From: Nitrososphaerota archaeon
GTDB lineage: Archaea > Thermoproteota > Nitrososphaeria > Nitrososphaerales > Nitrosopumilaceae
Reading direction: 5' to 3'
NCBI GenBank assembly: GCA_052386635.1
Contig: JBQTJY010000090.1
Location: 1-35,330 of the forward strand
DNA length: 35,330 nucleotides
Shown here piece by piece: positions 17,346-25,544 of the stretch (its first letter is position 1; each line of letters opens with the position of its first letter). Under the pieces are notes generated by a model. That model made no database searches and was not told the origin of the DNA. It saw only the letters and a program-made list of their open reading frames with translations. Position numbers and translations under genes: made by a program.

Positions 17346-18383
17346 ATGACAATAAAAACTATAGAATGGAAGGAAAATAAAGTTGTTATGGTAGACCAAA
17401 CAAAATTACCAAACGAACTAGTATATGTTGAATTTTCAAATTACAAGGATGTTGCAAATGCAATTAAAAACTTAGTAATTCGTGGTGCGCCTGCAATAGG
17501 CGTTGCAGGAGCTTTTGGTTTAGCATTAGCTGCATTACAAAGTAAAGCCAAAACTACAAATGAACTCATTCAAGATTTAGAAACTGCAAAAAAAATTCTT
17601 TTTGAGACAAGGCCAACTGCAGTAAACCTATCATGGGGTTTAGAACAAATAATGAAAATAGCTAAACAGGACCAAACCGTTTCTGAGATACAGGAGTCTG
17701 TGATTCATGCTGCCAAACAAATGGCAGATGATGACATAAAAATTAACAAAACTATGGGAAAACACGGTTCTCAATTATTTGATAATAATGACATTATAAT
17801 GACTCACTGTAATGCAGGTGCTTTAGCAACAGTAGCATATGGTACAGCATTAGGTGTAATACGTGCGACAAAAGAAAGTGGAAAAAATATAAAAGTTATA
17901 GCAACAGAAACAAGACCTGTACAACAAGGTTCAAGATTAACTGCTTTTGAATTAAAACATGATGGAATAGATGTTAGTTTAATTCCAGATACAGCTGTAG
18001 GATATACAATAGCCAATGGACTGGTAAACAAAGTTATTGTAGGTGCGGATAGAATTTTACGCAGAGGTCATGTATTTAATAAAATCGGAACATATCAAGT
18101 TGCTATAATTGCAAAACAACACAGAATCCCATTTTACGTAGCTGCTCCTTTATCATCATTTGATCTACAAAGCAATCCAGGCGATATAGTTATTGAGCAA
18201 AGAAAAGCAGAAGAAGTTACTCAGGTAGGAGATAGAAAAACTGCACCAGAAGGGATAGGCGTAATAAATCCAGCATTTGATATGACCCCACCTGAATTAA
18301 TAACAGGAATAATTACTGAAGCCGGTATTGCAAAACCACCGTTTGAAGAATCTATCAAAACATTATTTGAAGCTAAGAAATAG
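17346..18383 (+). CDS. mtnA: S-methyl-5-thioribose-1-phosphate isomerase (MtnA, eIF-2B alpha/beta/delta-like family)
   Basis: 345 aa. Contains VVMVDQTKLP, IRGAPAIGVAGAFGLALA, THCNAGALAT, ETRPVQQGSRLTAFEL and VGADRI, all family hallmarks. Confidence 0.8.
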   Translation: MTIKTIEWKENKVVMVDQTKLPNELVYVEFSNYKDVANAIKNLVIRGAPAIGVAGAFGLALAALQSKAKTTNELIQDLETAKKILFETRPTAVNLSWGLEQIMKIAKQDQTVSEIQESVIHAAKQMADDDIKINKTMGKHGSQLFDNNDIIMTHCNAGALATVAYGTALGVIRATKESGKNIKVIATETRPVQQGSRLTAFELKHDGIDVSLIPDTAVGYTIANGLVNKVIVGADRILRRGHVFNKIGTYQVAIIAKQHRIPFYVAAPLSSFDLQSNPGDIVIEQRKAEEVTQVGDRKTAPEGIGVINPAFDMTPPELITGIITEAGIAKPPFEESIKTLFEAKK

Positions 18384-18419
18384 AAAGTTTTTATTGATTT
18401 TAATACAATTTTTAAAAAT

Positions 18420-19058
18420 ATGAGTACAGTTAACCCAGAACAAATCCGAAATTCATTAAAGCAGTGCATGGATCCTGAAGTGCCAATCAATATAGTCGAT
18501 ATGGGTTTGATTTACGGAATTGATGTTTCTACTAATAACGATGTTAATATCAAAATGACAATGACTACACAAGGATGTCCTTTACATGAGACTCTTGTTA
18601 GTGACGTAACAAGATATGCAAAAAAGGTGCCAGGTGTAAATAAAGTTCAAGTCAATATTGTATGGGATCCTCCTTGGTCAATTGATAAAATGTCTGATGA
18701 AGCAAGATCTATGATTAAGAATATGGGATCTAGAAGCACGCCTGCCCCAATAGATTATGAAACCGCAATGCCTCAGGGTGTTGGTTCTTTAATTAAACAA
18801 GAGGATGGCTCACTAGTTATTGCAAATGAACATAATCAAGGATTTATGGTAAATCAAGCAATTGTTAATTTTTGGAAGTCATGTAACGGAAAGAGAAAGA
18901 TAACAGAGCTTGTTGATATATTTGCTCAACAGACAGGTTTGCAAAGAACACAAGTAGAAAAAGAGGTTACGCAATTAGTAAGACAATTATTGGACGGTGG
19001 ATTAGTTACCATCCCAAATCAAGAAACACCAAACGTAGAATTTAAAAAATCAAATTAA
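18420..19058 (+). CDS. fusion protein: N-terminal DUF59/MIP18 (SufT-like Fe-S assembly) domain plus C-terminal PqqD-like (RRE-type) domain
   Basis: The N-terminus has CMDPEVPINIVDMGLIYGI...MTMTTQGCPL (DUF59 signature). The C-terminus has FMVNQAIVNFWKSCNGKRKITELVDIFAQQTGLQRTQVEKEVTQLVRQLLDGGLV (PqqD pattern: W-x-x-x-x-G-x-x-x-x-x-E-[IL]...[FL]-x-x-L-x-x-x-G-L). Confidence 0.6.
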   Translation: MSTVNPEQIRNSLKQCMDPEVPINIVDMGLIYGIDVSTNNDVNIKMTMTTQGCPLHETLVSDVTRYAKKVPGVNKVQVNIVWDPPWSIDKMSDEARSMIKNMGSRSTPAPIDYETAMPQGVGSLIKQEDGSLVIANEHNQGFMVNQAIVNFWKSCNGKRKITELVDIFAQQTGLQRTQVEKEVTQLVRQLLDGGLVTIPNQETPNVEFKKSN

Positions 19059-19294
19059 ATTTCCTTTATTTCCGTAATAGTGGCATGCACTGAATCCATT
19101 TTAACAATTGTTCGTTTGTTGTCAAAACCTAATGCCACATACCAATCTCCAGCATCTTCATCATATTTTGTTTCAAGTGTTTGGATTTGTGTCTCTTTAA
19201 CATTATAGTTTTTTATAATTCCAGAAATTGCTAATGCTATAGCATCTTTTTCTTTTTCTAACCTTCGTTTCATTAATCCTATGCCAGGTGTCAT
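19055..19294 (-). CDS. small hypothetical protein (weak PepSY-like pattern)
   Basis: The ORF is 88 aa from a TTG, or 79 aa from ATG at 19294 (MTPGIG...). There are no strong motifs. DWYVALGFDNKRTIVKMDSVHATITEI is reminiscent of PepSY-type beta strands. Confidence 0.35.
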   Translation of the reverse strand: MTPGIGLMKRRLEKEKDAIALAISGIIKNYNVKETQIQTLETKYDEDAGDWYVALGFDNKRTIVKMDSVHATITEIKEI

Positions 19295-19351
19295 ATTAAC
19301 AAATTTGATATTGATACACAAATAAATTGTTTGATAAAATTTCAGTTTGAA

Positions 19352-19426
19352 AGGGCTCGGAGGGCTTCGATCCCTCGGCCTGGTGGTCCGAAGCCACCCG
19401 CACTATCCTGACTGTGCTACGAGTCC
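19352..19426 (-). tRNA. tRNA-Arg (anticodon TCG)
   Basis: Manual cloverleaf on the reverse strand: GGACTCG TA GCAC AGTCAGGATA GTGC G GGTGG CTTCGGA CCACC AGGCC GAGGG ATCGAAG CCCTC CGAGCCC T. 75 nt, no encoded CCA. There is one A3:C70 mismatch in the acceptor stem. Confidence 0.8.
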
Positions 19427-19450
19427 AAACAAGTAAGACTTTAACGAGGC

Positions 19451-19459
19451 TAAATATTT
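19451..19459 (-). promoter_or_regulatory. TATA-like box for tRNA-Arg
   Basis: AAATATTTA on the reverse strand, centred about 29 nt upstream of tRNA position 1 (19426). Confidence 0.35.
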
Positions 19460-20645
19460 GTCTAGATACTTGAAAGTTTCAAAAAAAGTTGTAGGTGTAG
19501 AGTATGCAATTAGAGATATTGTAACCGAAGCACGGAAATTACAAAAACAAGGAAAAAAAGTTACTTATCTTAACATAGGTGATCCTGTTCAGTTTGGTTT
19601 TCAGACGCCTGATAATGTAAAAGAGGCAATGATTAATGCTATTCGAAATGGCGAAAATTATTATGCGCCATCAGAAGGTTTACCAGAATTACGTGAAGAA
19701 ATAGCAAAAAAAGAAAATAACAAGGGCCTTTCTGTGAATCCTGATGATATCCTCATCACTAATGGAATATCTGAAGGTCTTGACATGGTCATATCTTCTA
19801 TTATAGAAGAAGGCGATGAAGTATTACTTCCAGGTCCTTACTATCCTCCTTATGCATCATATGTTCGACTACATGGTGGAATTCCAATAGAATTTGCAGT
19901 TGACTTGAATAATTCAAGACCTGATCTTGATGATATTAAATCAAAAATAACCACAAAAACTGTAGCAATTTGTCTAATCAGTCCAAATAATCCAACAGGA
20001 GTTGTATTCAACGAAAAATCATTAAAAGAACTAGTCGATATTGCAAACGAAAATGATCTCTACATAATCTGTGATGAAATTTACGATCAAATCGTGTTTG
20101 ATGAAAAATTTGTAGGTATTGGAAAGGTAGCTCATGATTCACCAGTTATAGTCTTAAATGGTTTTTCCAAAGTTCACTTAATGTCTGGTTGGCGAATAGG
20201 TTACATTGCATTTAACAGCTCTTCAAAACTAGATATGATAAGAGAAAATTTACCGAAGCTTGCACGTGTTCGAATTTCTACTAACTTGCCAGTACAATAT
20301 GGTGCATTAGAATCATTACGTGGGCCACAAGGATACATTTCAGAATTTGTCTCCGAATTGAAAAAACGTAGAGATTTTATAATAAAACGATTAAACTCGA
20401 TTTCGGGACTTTCATGTTCAAACCCAAAAGGTGCTTTCTACGCATTTCCAAAAATTGAACACAACAAGTACAGCTCAGATAGAGAATTTGTGTTAGAACT
20501 ATTACGAACAAAGGGAGTACTTACTGTACATGGCTCTGGTTTTGGAACAAAGTATGGCAGCGGACATTTTAGATTAGTGTTTTTACCTGACATACAAACA
20601 CTTGATCTCGCTTTAAACAATATTGAAGAGTTTGTAAATCAATAA
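19458..20645 (+). CDS. class I/II PLP aminotransferase (alanine/aspartate aminotransferase, AlaA-like)
   Basis: 395 aa. YLNIGDPVQFGFQTP, SPNNPTG and NGFSKVHLMSGWRIGY (PLP Lys) are present. The N-terminus aligns with AlaA-type enzymes, so a TTG start at 19458 or 19470 is needed because there is no early ATG. Confidence 0.8.
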   Translation: MSRYLKVSKKVVGVEYAIRDIVTEARKLQKQGKKVTYLNIGDPVQFGFQTPDNVKEAMINAIRNGENYYAPSEGLPELREEIAKKENNKGLSVNPDDILITNGISEGLDMVISSIIEEGDEVLLPGPYYPPYASYVRLHGGIPIEFAVDLNNSRPDLDDIKSKITTKTVAICLISPNNPTGVVFNEKSLKELVDIANENDLYIICDEIYDQIVFDEKFVGIGKVAHDSPVIVLNGFSKVHLMSGWRIGYIAFNSSSKLDMIRENLPKLARVRISTNLPVQYGALESLRGPQGYISEFVSELKKRRDFIIKRLNSISGLSCSNPKGAFYAFPKIEHNKYSSDREFVLELLRTKGVLTVHGSGFGTKYGSGHFRLVFLPDIQTLDLALNNIEEFVNQ

Positions 20646-20650
20646 TTTGT

Positions 20651-20884
20651 TTATCTATTTTCTAACGTCCTTTTTTTGAATCCAACAATAATTAAAAAAC
20701 TACCAAATACAATCATGCCCAAAGATACTTTTTCATTCGTAATTTCTGAACTTAGCAAAAAATCTAAAACAAAGCCAGGTCCCCAAATGATGAGATTTCT
20801 AGTCAAAACTATCAACGCCATAATTATGAACAGTATTCCCATGGCCGTATACCAATTTCTTGCACTACGAGGTGCATAATTCAT
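20651..20884 (-). CDS. small membrane protein (2 predicted TM helices), hypothetical
   Basis: 77 aa with two hydrophobic stretches (AMGILFIIMALIVL and LGMIVFGSFLIIVGF). No recognisable motif. Confidence 0.4.
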   Translation of the reverse strand: MNYAPRSARNWYTAMGILFIIMALIVLTRNLIIWGPGFVLDFLLSSEITNEKVSLGMIVFGSFLIIVGFKKRTLENR

Positions 20885-20908
20885 AGTTCTATTCGCAGGT
20901 TGTGAACT

Positions 20909-21580
20909 TTAAACTATCTTGATGCCAGGATTCTTTAGTTTGTTTTTTATCATTGCATTAAGCAACAATGGAGTTGCCATTTCTGCAAAATATGACAATG
21001 ATCCAGATCCCAAGTAAATTGGACGAAGACCTTTAATCTCATTAATTAAATCATTTACGATTTTTACAGAATTAATATCATCACCACAAACAAAGATGTC
21101 ATAGTCTAATGAAAGATTTGGATCAACTAATTTTTTCTCTGAAATCACGTGAAACGCAGAAACAAGATTTGCTCTATTTTTCATATATTTTGACACCAAT
21201 TTATATGAAAACGGTTTGTTTTCTTTTAAGGGAATGAATTCAAAACCCAATTCTGTTTTTACCATTGGCACTATTGGCGATATCACAACACAGCTATCTT
21301 TTATCTGTGCAAGTATTTGTGAGCAAGTAGAGTCAATATTTTCATAAGGTATTGATAAAATTAAAACATCGGATTCTTTTGCAATGGAAACATTATCATT
21401 TCCTTTTATAGATCCCTTGATTTTTCCATAGATTTCTCTTGCAAGATTTGTGTATTCCTCTGCAACACTTGTTGCTCTCACTGCATCTCTTGAACCAATT
21501 AAAATATCATGATTGATACACCATCTCAACGCAAAACCTTTTCCCATGCCGCCAGTTCCACCAACAATTCCTATTTTCAT
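20909..21580 (-). CDS. npdG: NADPH-dependent F420 reductase (NpdG family)
   Basis: 223 aa. The N-terminal MKIGIVGGTGGMGKGFALRW Rossmann motif and the overall length are typical of F420:NADP oxidoreductases. Confidence 0.65.
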   Translation of the reverse strand: MKIGIVGGTGGMGKGFALRWCINHDILIGSRDAVRATSVAEEYTNLAREIYGKIKGSIKGNDNVSIAKESDVLILSIPYENIDSTCSQILAQIKDSCVVISPIVPMVKTELGFEFIPLKENKPFSYKLVSKYMKNRANLVSAFHVISEKKLVDPNLSLDYDIFVCGDDINSVKIVNDLINEIKGLRPIYLGSGSLSYFAEMATPLLLNAMIKNKLKNPGIKIV

Positions 21581-21640
21581 CGACTTGGTTCTGGTAATGT
21601 TATTATTATCTCTATTTGAGAGCTCAAAAAGAATTCAAAA

Positions 21641-22273
21641 TTGATTATATTTCTTCGACATGGACAAGCTAAAAACAATACAGAACGAATCTTGGCTGGG
21701 AGAACACCCGGCATTCCATTGACTGAAGTTGGTATCAAACAAGCTAAAAGTATTGCAAGATATCTTAAGCCACTTAAAATTGATACAATCTATACCAGCC
21801 CTATTGAACGTGCATTAACAACTGCTGATATAATTGCAAAAAATAATTCAATTGAATATAGAATTGATAATAGATTGATTGAGATTGATATGGGAAAATT
21901 TACAGGCATGCCATATAATGAAATTTTTGCTACTCATGGAAATGTTTTTTTGAAATTTTATGAAGGAGAAACAGAAATTGCTCATAATGGAGTCGAAACT
22001 TTTACTGAGGTTAAAAAACGAGTCTTAGACATGGTTGATTATGTTATAAAACAACATACAAGCGAAAACGTTTTGTTGGTTACTCATATGGATCCAATCA
22101 AAGCTGCGATTTCAACTATTCTTGATTTGAAACCTCAGTCATTATTTGAGTTGATTATTGCTAATGGATCTCTTACAGTGATTGATGAAGAACAAGGAAA
22201 ATTATCGCTTTCTGCAATTAATTTAATGGATGCAAAAAGATTTGTTAAAACTGAAAATCCTCAAAACCCTTAA
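21641..22273 (+). CDS. histidine phosphatase family protein (phosphoglycerate mutase-like)
   Basis: 210 aa with a TTG start. Has the FLRHGQAKNN (RHG) catalytic motif, SPIERALTTA, and a later VTHMDP His. Confidence 0.75.
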   Translation: MIIFLRHGQAKNNTERILAGRTPGIPLTEVGIKQAKSIARYLKPLKIDTIYTSPIERALTTADIIAKNNSIEYRIDNRLIEIDMGKFTGMPYNEIFATHGNVFLKFYEGETEIAHNGVETFTEVKKRVLDMVDYVIKQHTSENVLLVTHMDPIKAAISTILDLKPQSLFELIIANGSLTVIDEEQGKLSLSAINLMDAKRFVKTENPQNP

Positions 22274-22278
22274 ATACA

Positions 22279-22286
22279 ATTTAAAG
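22279..22286 (+). promoter_or_regulatory. TATA-like box of the terminal oxidase operon
   Basis: ATTTAAAG centred about 25 nt upstream of ATG 22308. This supports 22308 as a near-leaderless start rather than the track start at 22230. Confidence 0.35.
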
Positions 22287-22307
22287 GCCACGACAGAACA
22301 ACTGGTA

Positions 22308-22571
22308 ATGAAAAAAATATTTGGATTATCATGCGTGTTAACAATTTTACTTGTGTTGCCAACTATACAATATGTGTTAGCAGCAGGTGATGAACCAGGT
22401 GAATATCTTGACAGACGTGTTGAGATCTGGAATCTATTTTTTAGATTAATGACTGTTGCTTTTGTTATTGGAGCAGTTGTTTCTGGAACACTAATTTGGC
22501 TGGTATGGAGATTTAGAGAATCTAACCCAAAAGCAAAGCCAACAAAGTATGAAGCTGCCGGAGAGTGGTAA
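22308..22571 (+). CDS. heme-copper oxidase subunit II, N-terminal fragment (signal/TM plus TM1) encoded as a separate ORF
   Basis: 87 aa from ATG 22308. LFFRLMTVAFVIGAVVSGTLIWLVWRFRESNPKAKP parallels COX2 TM1 and the following basic loop. It ends at TAA 22569..22571, in the same frame as the next ORF. Confidence 0.6.
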   Translation: MKKIFGLSCVLTILLVLPTIQYVLAAGDEPGEYLDRRVEIWNLFFRLMTVAFVIGAVVSGTLIWLVWRFRESNPKAKPTKYEAAGEW

Positions 22572-22574
22572 AAA

Positions 22575-23003
22575 ATGAGTGGACATTCAACATGGCCTGA
22601 ATGGGTATATGTTGGAGTTGTTGTGGCATTACTTGTCTGGGTAGGAGCCGAATCGTGGAACGTGGAAAGATTAGTTGATCATGTTCCTGCAGATGCCGAG
22701 ATAATTAAAGTGACTGGCCAACAATGGTTCTGGACATTCGAGCATACAGATGGAACAAAAGAAATCGGTGAACTTCATTTACAGAAAGGAAAACCATACA
22801 AATTTGAAATTACATCAAAAGATGTCATACACTCATTTAACATTCCTGATTATGTTGTATTACAAGATGCAGTACCTGGAAGAATTAACACAGTTTGGTT
22901 TGTACCAAAAGATACAGGCGAATTTCCAATCCAATGCAGAGAATATTGCGGTTTAATTCACTATAATATGCGTGGAACCTTGTATGTGGAGGACACTGCA
23001 TGA
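22575..23003 (+). CDS. coxB: heme-copper oxidase subunit II (TM2 plus CuA cupredoxin domain)
   Basis: 142 aa. GHSTWPEWVYVGVVV parallels the COX2 H-x-x-x-x-E-x-x-W-T loop and TM2. QQWFWTFEH, VIHSFNIP, DAVPGR and the CuA site CREYCGLIHYNM (CxExCGxxHxxM) are present. Confidence 0.85.
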   Translation: MSGHSTWPEWVYVGVVVALLVWVGAESWNVERLVDHVPADAEIIKVTGQQWFWTFEHTDGTKEIGELHLQKGKPYKFEITSKDVIHSFNIPDYVVLQDAVPGRINTVWFVPKDTGEFPIQCREYCGLIHYNMRGTLYVEDTA

Positions 23004-23049
23004 TATCAAGACTTTTAATAACAAAGTCAAAATGCAAAAGTGGTAGTCA

Positions 23050-24576
23050 ATGGTACTAGAAATTCAAAAACCAAGACCAATTTGGCAAATAATGTTCTCT
23101 ACTCACCACACTGACGTTGGTTTACTTTACCTGATAACATCATTAGCTGCACTCTTTATGGGTGGAGCATTAGCTCTTGCAATCAGACTAGAGCTTTTCT
23201 TACCAGGATCTCAAATAATTGCTGATTCAATGACATTTAACAGAATGTTCACAGTTCATGGAACTACGCTGATATTTCTCTTTATTTTGCCATTTGCATC
23301 TGCGATTGGTAACTATTTGGTACCAATCATGGTAAGATACAAAGACATGGCATATCCAAAATTGAACGCCATCGCATTTTGGATGATTCCTCCAGGATTT
23401 GCGTTAGTTTGGCTTGGTTTTGCAGACTTTACATGGAACGCCTATGCCCCATACTCTGTTATCAGCGCACCAGGGCCTGCTGCAGACATGTGGATATTTG
23501 GTTTAAAAATTCTTGGTGTCTCATCAATTCTTGGGGCAATTAATTTTATTGTTACAATTCTAAAATGCAAGCATCCTGATCTTCCATTAAGCAAAATACC
23601 ATTATTGGCATGGGCCTACCTAACATCTTCATTAATTATGATAGTTGCAATGCCGACATTTGCAGCTGCACTACTAATGTTACTTACTGATAGACTTGCT
23701 GTATCGGGCTTCTTTAATCCGGCATTAGGTGGCGACCCCATCGCTTATCAGCATCTCTTCTGGTTTACGTTCCATCCTGAGGTTTACGTCCTAGTCATAC
23801 CTGCAATTGGCTTCATGTATGAAATAATTCCAAGATTTTCAAGAAAGCCAATATTTAGCCATGGTTCAGGAGTAGCGGCCTTTATACTACTAAGTATAGT
23901 GGGATTTGCTTCATGGGCTCACCACATGTATGCTACGGGAATGTCATTTACAGAAAAAACGGTATTCATGGTAGGCACACTTGCTGCAGTTCCTGCATCG
24001 GCAATGCATGTATTCAACTTTCTTGCTACCATGTGGGGTGGTAGAATTAGGTTTGCAACTCCTATGATGTGGTCAGTTGGAGGCATTGCATTATTCTTCT
24101 CAGCAGGAGCTGGCGGTGTAGTAAACACTGCTATGCCACTTGACTTTATTACACATGATAGTTACTGGGTAGTGGGGCATTTCCACCTATTTGTGATGGG
24201 CACAATAGCATTTGGTTCATTTGGATTCTTGTATTACATATTTCCATATGTGACAGGAAGAATGTATAATGAAAAATGGGGCAACGTTCACTTTATTGTA
24301 TCTTTTATCGGTGCAGTAATGGTATTCTTTACGCAACATGTACTTGGACTGTACGGAATGCCAAGAAGAATTTTTGACTATCCACCATTCCCAGAGTGGA
24401 TTGCAATGAATCAATTCGCATCAATAGGTGGAATGCTATTAGGTATTGGTGCTGCAATTTTCCTAGCAAATATGATTTACAGTGCAGCTAAAGGAAAAGA
24501 ATCAAACATGGACGATCCGTGGGGATTGGGCGGCAAATACTATTATCCATATCAACAAAAGAATCCACATCACTAG
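23050..24576 (+). CDS. coxA: heme-copper oxidase subunit I
   Basis: 508 aa and about 12 TM helices. Contains STHHTDVGLLY, WFTFHPEVYVLVIP (CuB His plus cross-link Tyr), AHHMY (CuB His pair) and VVGHFHLF (heme ligands). Confidence 0.95.
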   Translation: MVLEIQKPRPIWQIMFSTHHTDVGLLYLITSLAALFMGGALALAIRLELFLPGSQIIADSMTFNRMFTVHGTTLIFLFILPFASAIGNYLVPIMVRYKDMAYPKLNAIAFWMIPPGFALVWLGFADFTWNAYAPYSVISAPGPAADMWIFGLKILGVSSILGAINFIVTILKCKHPDLPLSKIPLLAWAYLTSSLIMIVAMPTFAAALLMLLTDRLAVSGFFNPALGGDPIAYQHLFWFTFHPEVYVLVIPAIGFMYEIIPRFSRKPIFSHGSGVAAFILLSIVGFASWAHHMYATGMSFTEKTVFMVGTLAAVPASAMHVFNFLATMWGGRIRFATPMMWSVGGIALFFSAGAGGVVNTAMPLDFITHDSYWVVGHFHLFVMGTIAFGSFGFLYYIFPYVTGRMYNEKWGNVHFIVSFIGAVMVFFTQHVLGLYGMPRRIFDYPPFPEWIAMNQFASIGGMLLGIGAAIFLANMIYSAAKGKESNMDDPWGLGGKYYYPYQQKNPHH

Positions 24577-24585
24577 GTAATAATA

Positions 24586-25542
24586 ATGAGCCATACAGAA
24601 CACATAGAACCTATATTCAGAACTTCCCCTGAGCGAACAGCAAAGATGATGGCAATTGTGTTAGGAATTTGTGTAGTCGGTGGAGTGATCTTCTTTGGAA
24701 TGTGGGACTATTGGATCTCTGCCCCGCCTGCAGCAGGAGTTGGTCCAAAGGCAGAATCTTTGGCACCAGGAGTTGTAACAGGAAAGGAAATCCAAGTTTC
24801 ACTAACATTTGTAGAGTCATCTGATTTTAGAACACTTGCATTTAATGCATTGCCAGGAGAGCCAAATAACAATCCAGAAATCCAAGCAAATGTAGGTGAT
24901 AAAGTAATCTTTGATGTCACAAACGGAGGCAAGTCATTTCATGCGTTTGCGGTTACAGACGCATTAGAAGGAATAGGTACAGCACTAGCGGGAACTGAAA
25001 TAGCAAGTGCAAATAATCCACTAAAACCAGGTGAGATGGGCAAGTCAGAATTTATTCCAACAAGGGAAGGTACATACTATTACATTTGTACGGTGCCAGG
25101 TCATAGAGAGCAGGGAATGGAAGGAAAAATAGTAGTTGGTCCAAAACAATCCTCCACAAGTCAAGCTGCACCACCAACCGGTGTTAATCATAATTTTGAA
25201 CTCAATTTTGTAGAATCATCCGATTTCAAAACATTAGCTTTTAATGCTCTTCCAGGAGAAGAAGGAAATAATCCAGAAATTATAGTAAAATCTGGTGATT
25301 CCGTAACAATCAAAGCAACAAACAACGGAAAATCCTTTCATGCATTTGGGGTCGTAACAAATCCAGAAGATTTCAATAGCGTTGTCTGGAATTCTGCCAT
25401 ACACTCTGCATCCAATCCATTAAAACCGGAGCAGTCTGGTGAAGTCACATTTACTGCAGGTGCTCCAGGTACATACTACTACATTTGCACAGTTCCTGGG
25501 CATAGTATTCAAGGAATGCAAGGAAAGTTTATCGTAGAATAA
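24586..25542 (+). CDS. membrane-anchored tandem (two-domain) plastocyanin-like blue copper protein
   Basis: 318 aa with an N-terminal TM helix (MMAIVLGICVVGGVIFFG). It then has two type 1 copper domains, each with SFHAF...YYYICTVPGH..QGM (His, Cys, His, Met ligand set). Confidence 0.9.
   Translation: MSHTEHIEPIFRTSPERTAKMMAIVLGICVVGGVIFFGMWDYWISAPPAAGVGPKAESLAPGVVTGKEIQVSLTFVESSDFRTLAFNALPGEPNNNPEIQANVGDKVIFDVTNGGKSFHAFAVTDALEGIGTALAGTEIASANNPLKPGEMGKSEFIPTREGTYYYICTVPGHREQGMEGKIVVGPKQSSTSQAAPPTGVNHNFELNFVESSDFKTLAFNALPGEEGNNPEIIVKSGDSVTIKATNNGKSFHAFGVVTNPEDFNSVVWNSAIHSASNPLKPEQSGEVTFTAGAPGTYYYICTVPGHSIQGMQGKFIVE
24790..25539 (+). repeat. intragenic tandem duplication of the cupredoxin domain (unit 1 about 24790..25140, unit 2 about 25195..25539)
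   Basis: Protein level: LTFVESSDFRTLAFNALPGEPNNNPEI...GTYYYICTVPGHREQGMEGKIVV versus LNFVESSDFKTLAFNALPGEEGNNPEI...GTYYYICTVPGHSIQGMQGKFIV. The DNA similarity is still visible (tttgtagagtcatctgatttt versus tttgtagaatcatccgatttc). Confidence 0.85.
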
Positions 25543-25544
25543 TT

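Noticed and set aside
13188-22571. Stop-codon reassignment or programmed read-through as a common explanation for the two in-frame TAA codons (13188 and 22569).
   Set aside because: TAA is the ordinary terminator of most well-supported genes in the window (for example the stops ending at 2018, 5905, 10877, 11946, 16554, 19058 and 20645). Global reassignment is therefore excluded. Site-specific read-through cannot be judged from sequence alone.
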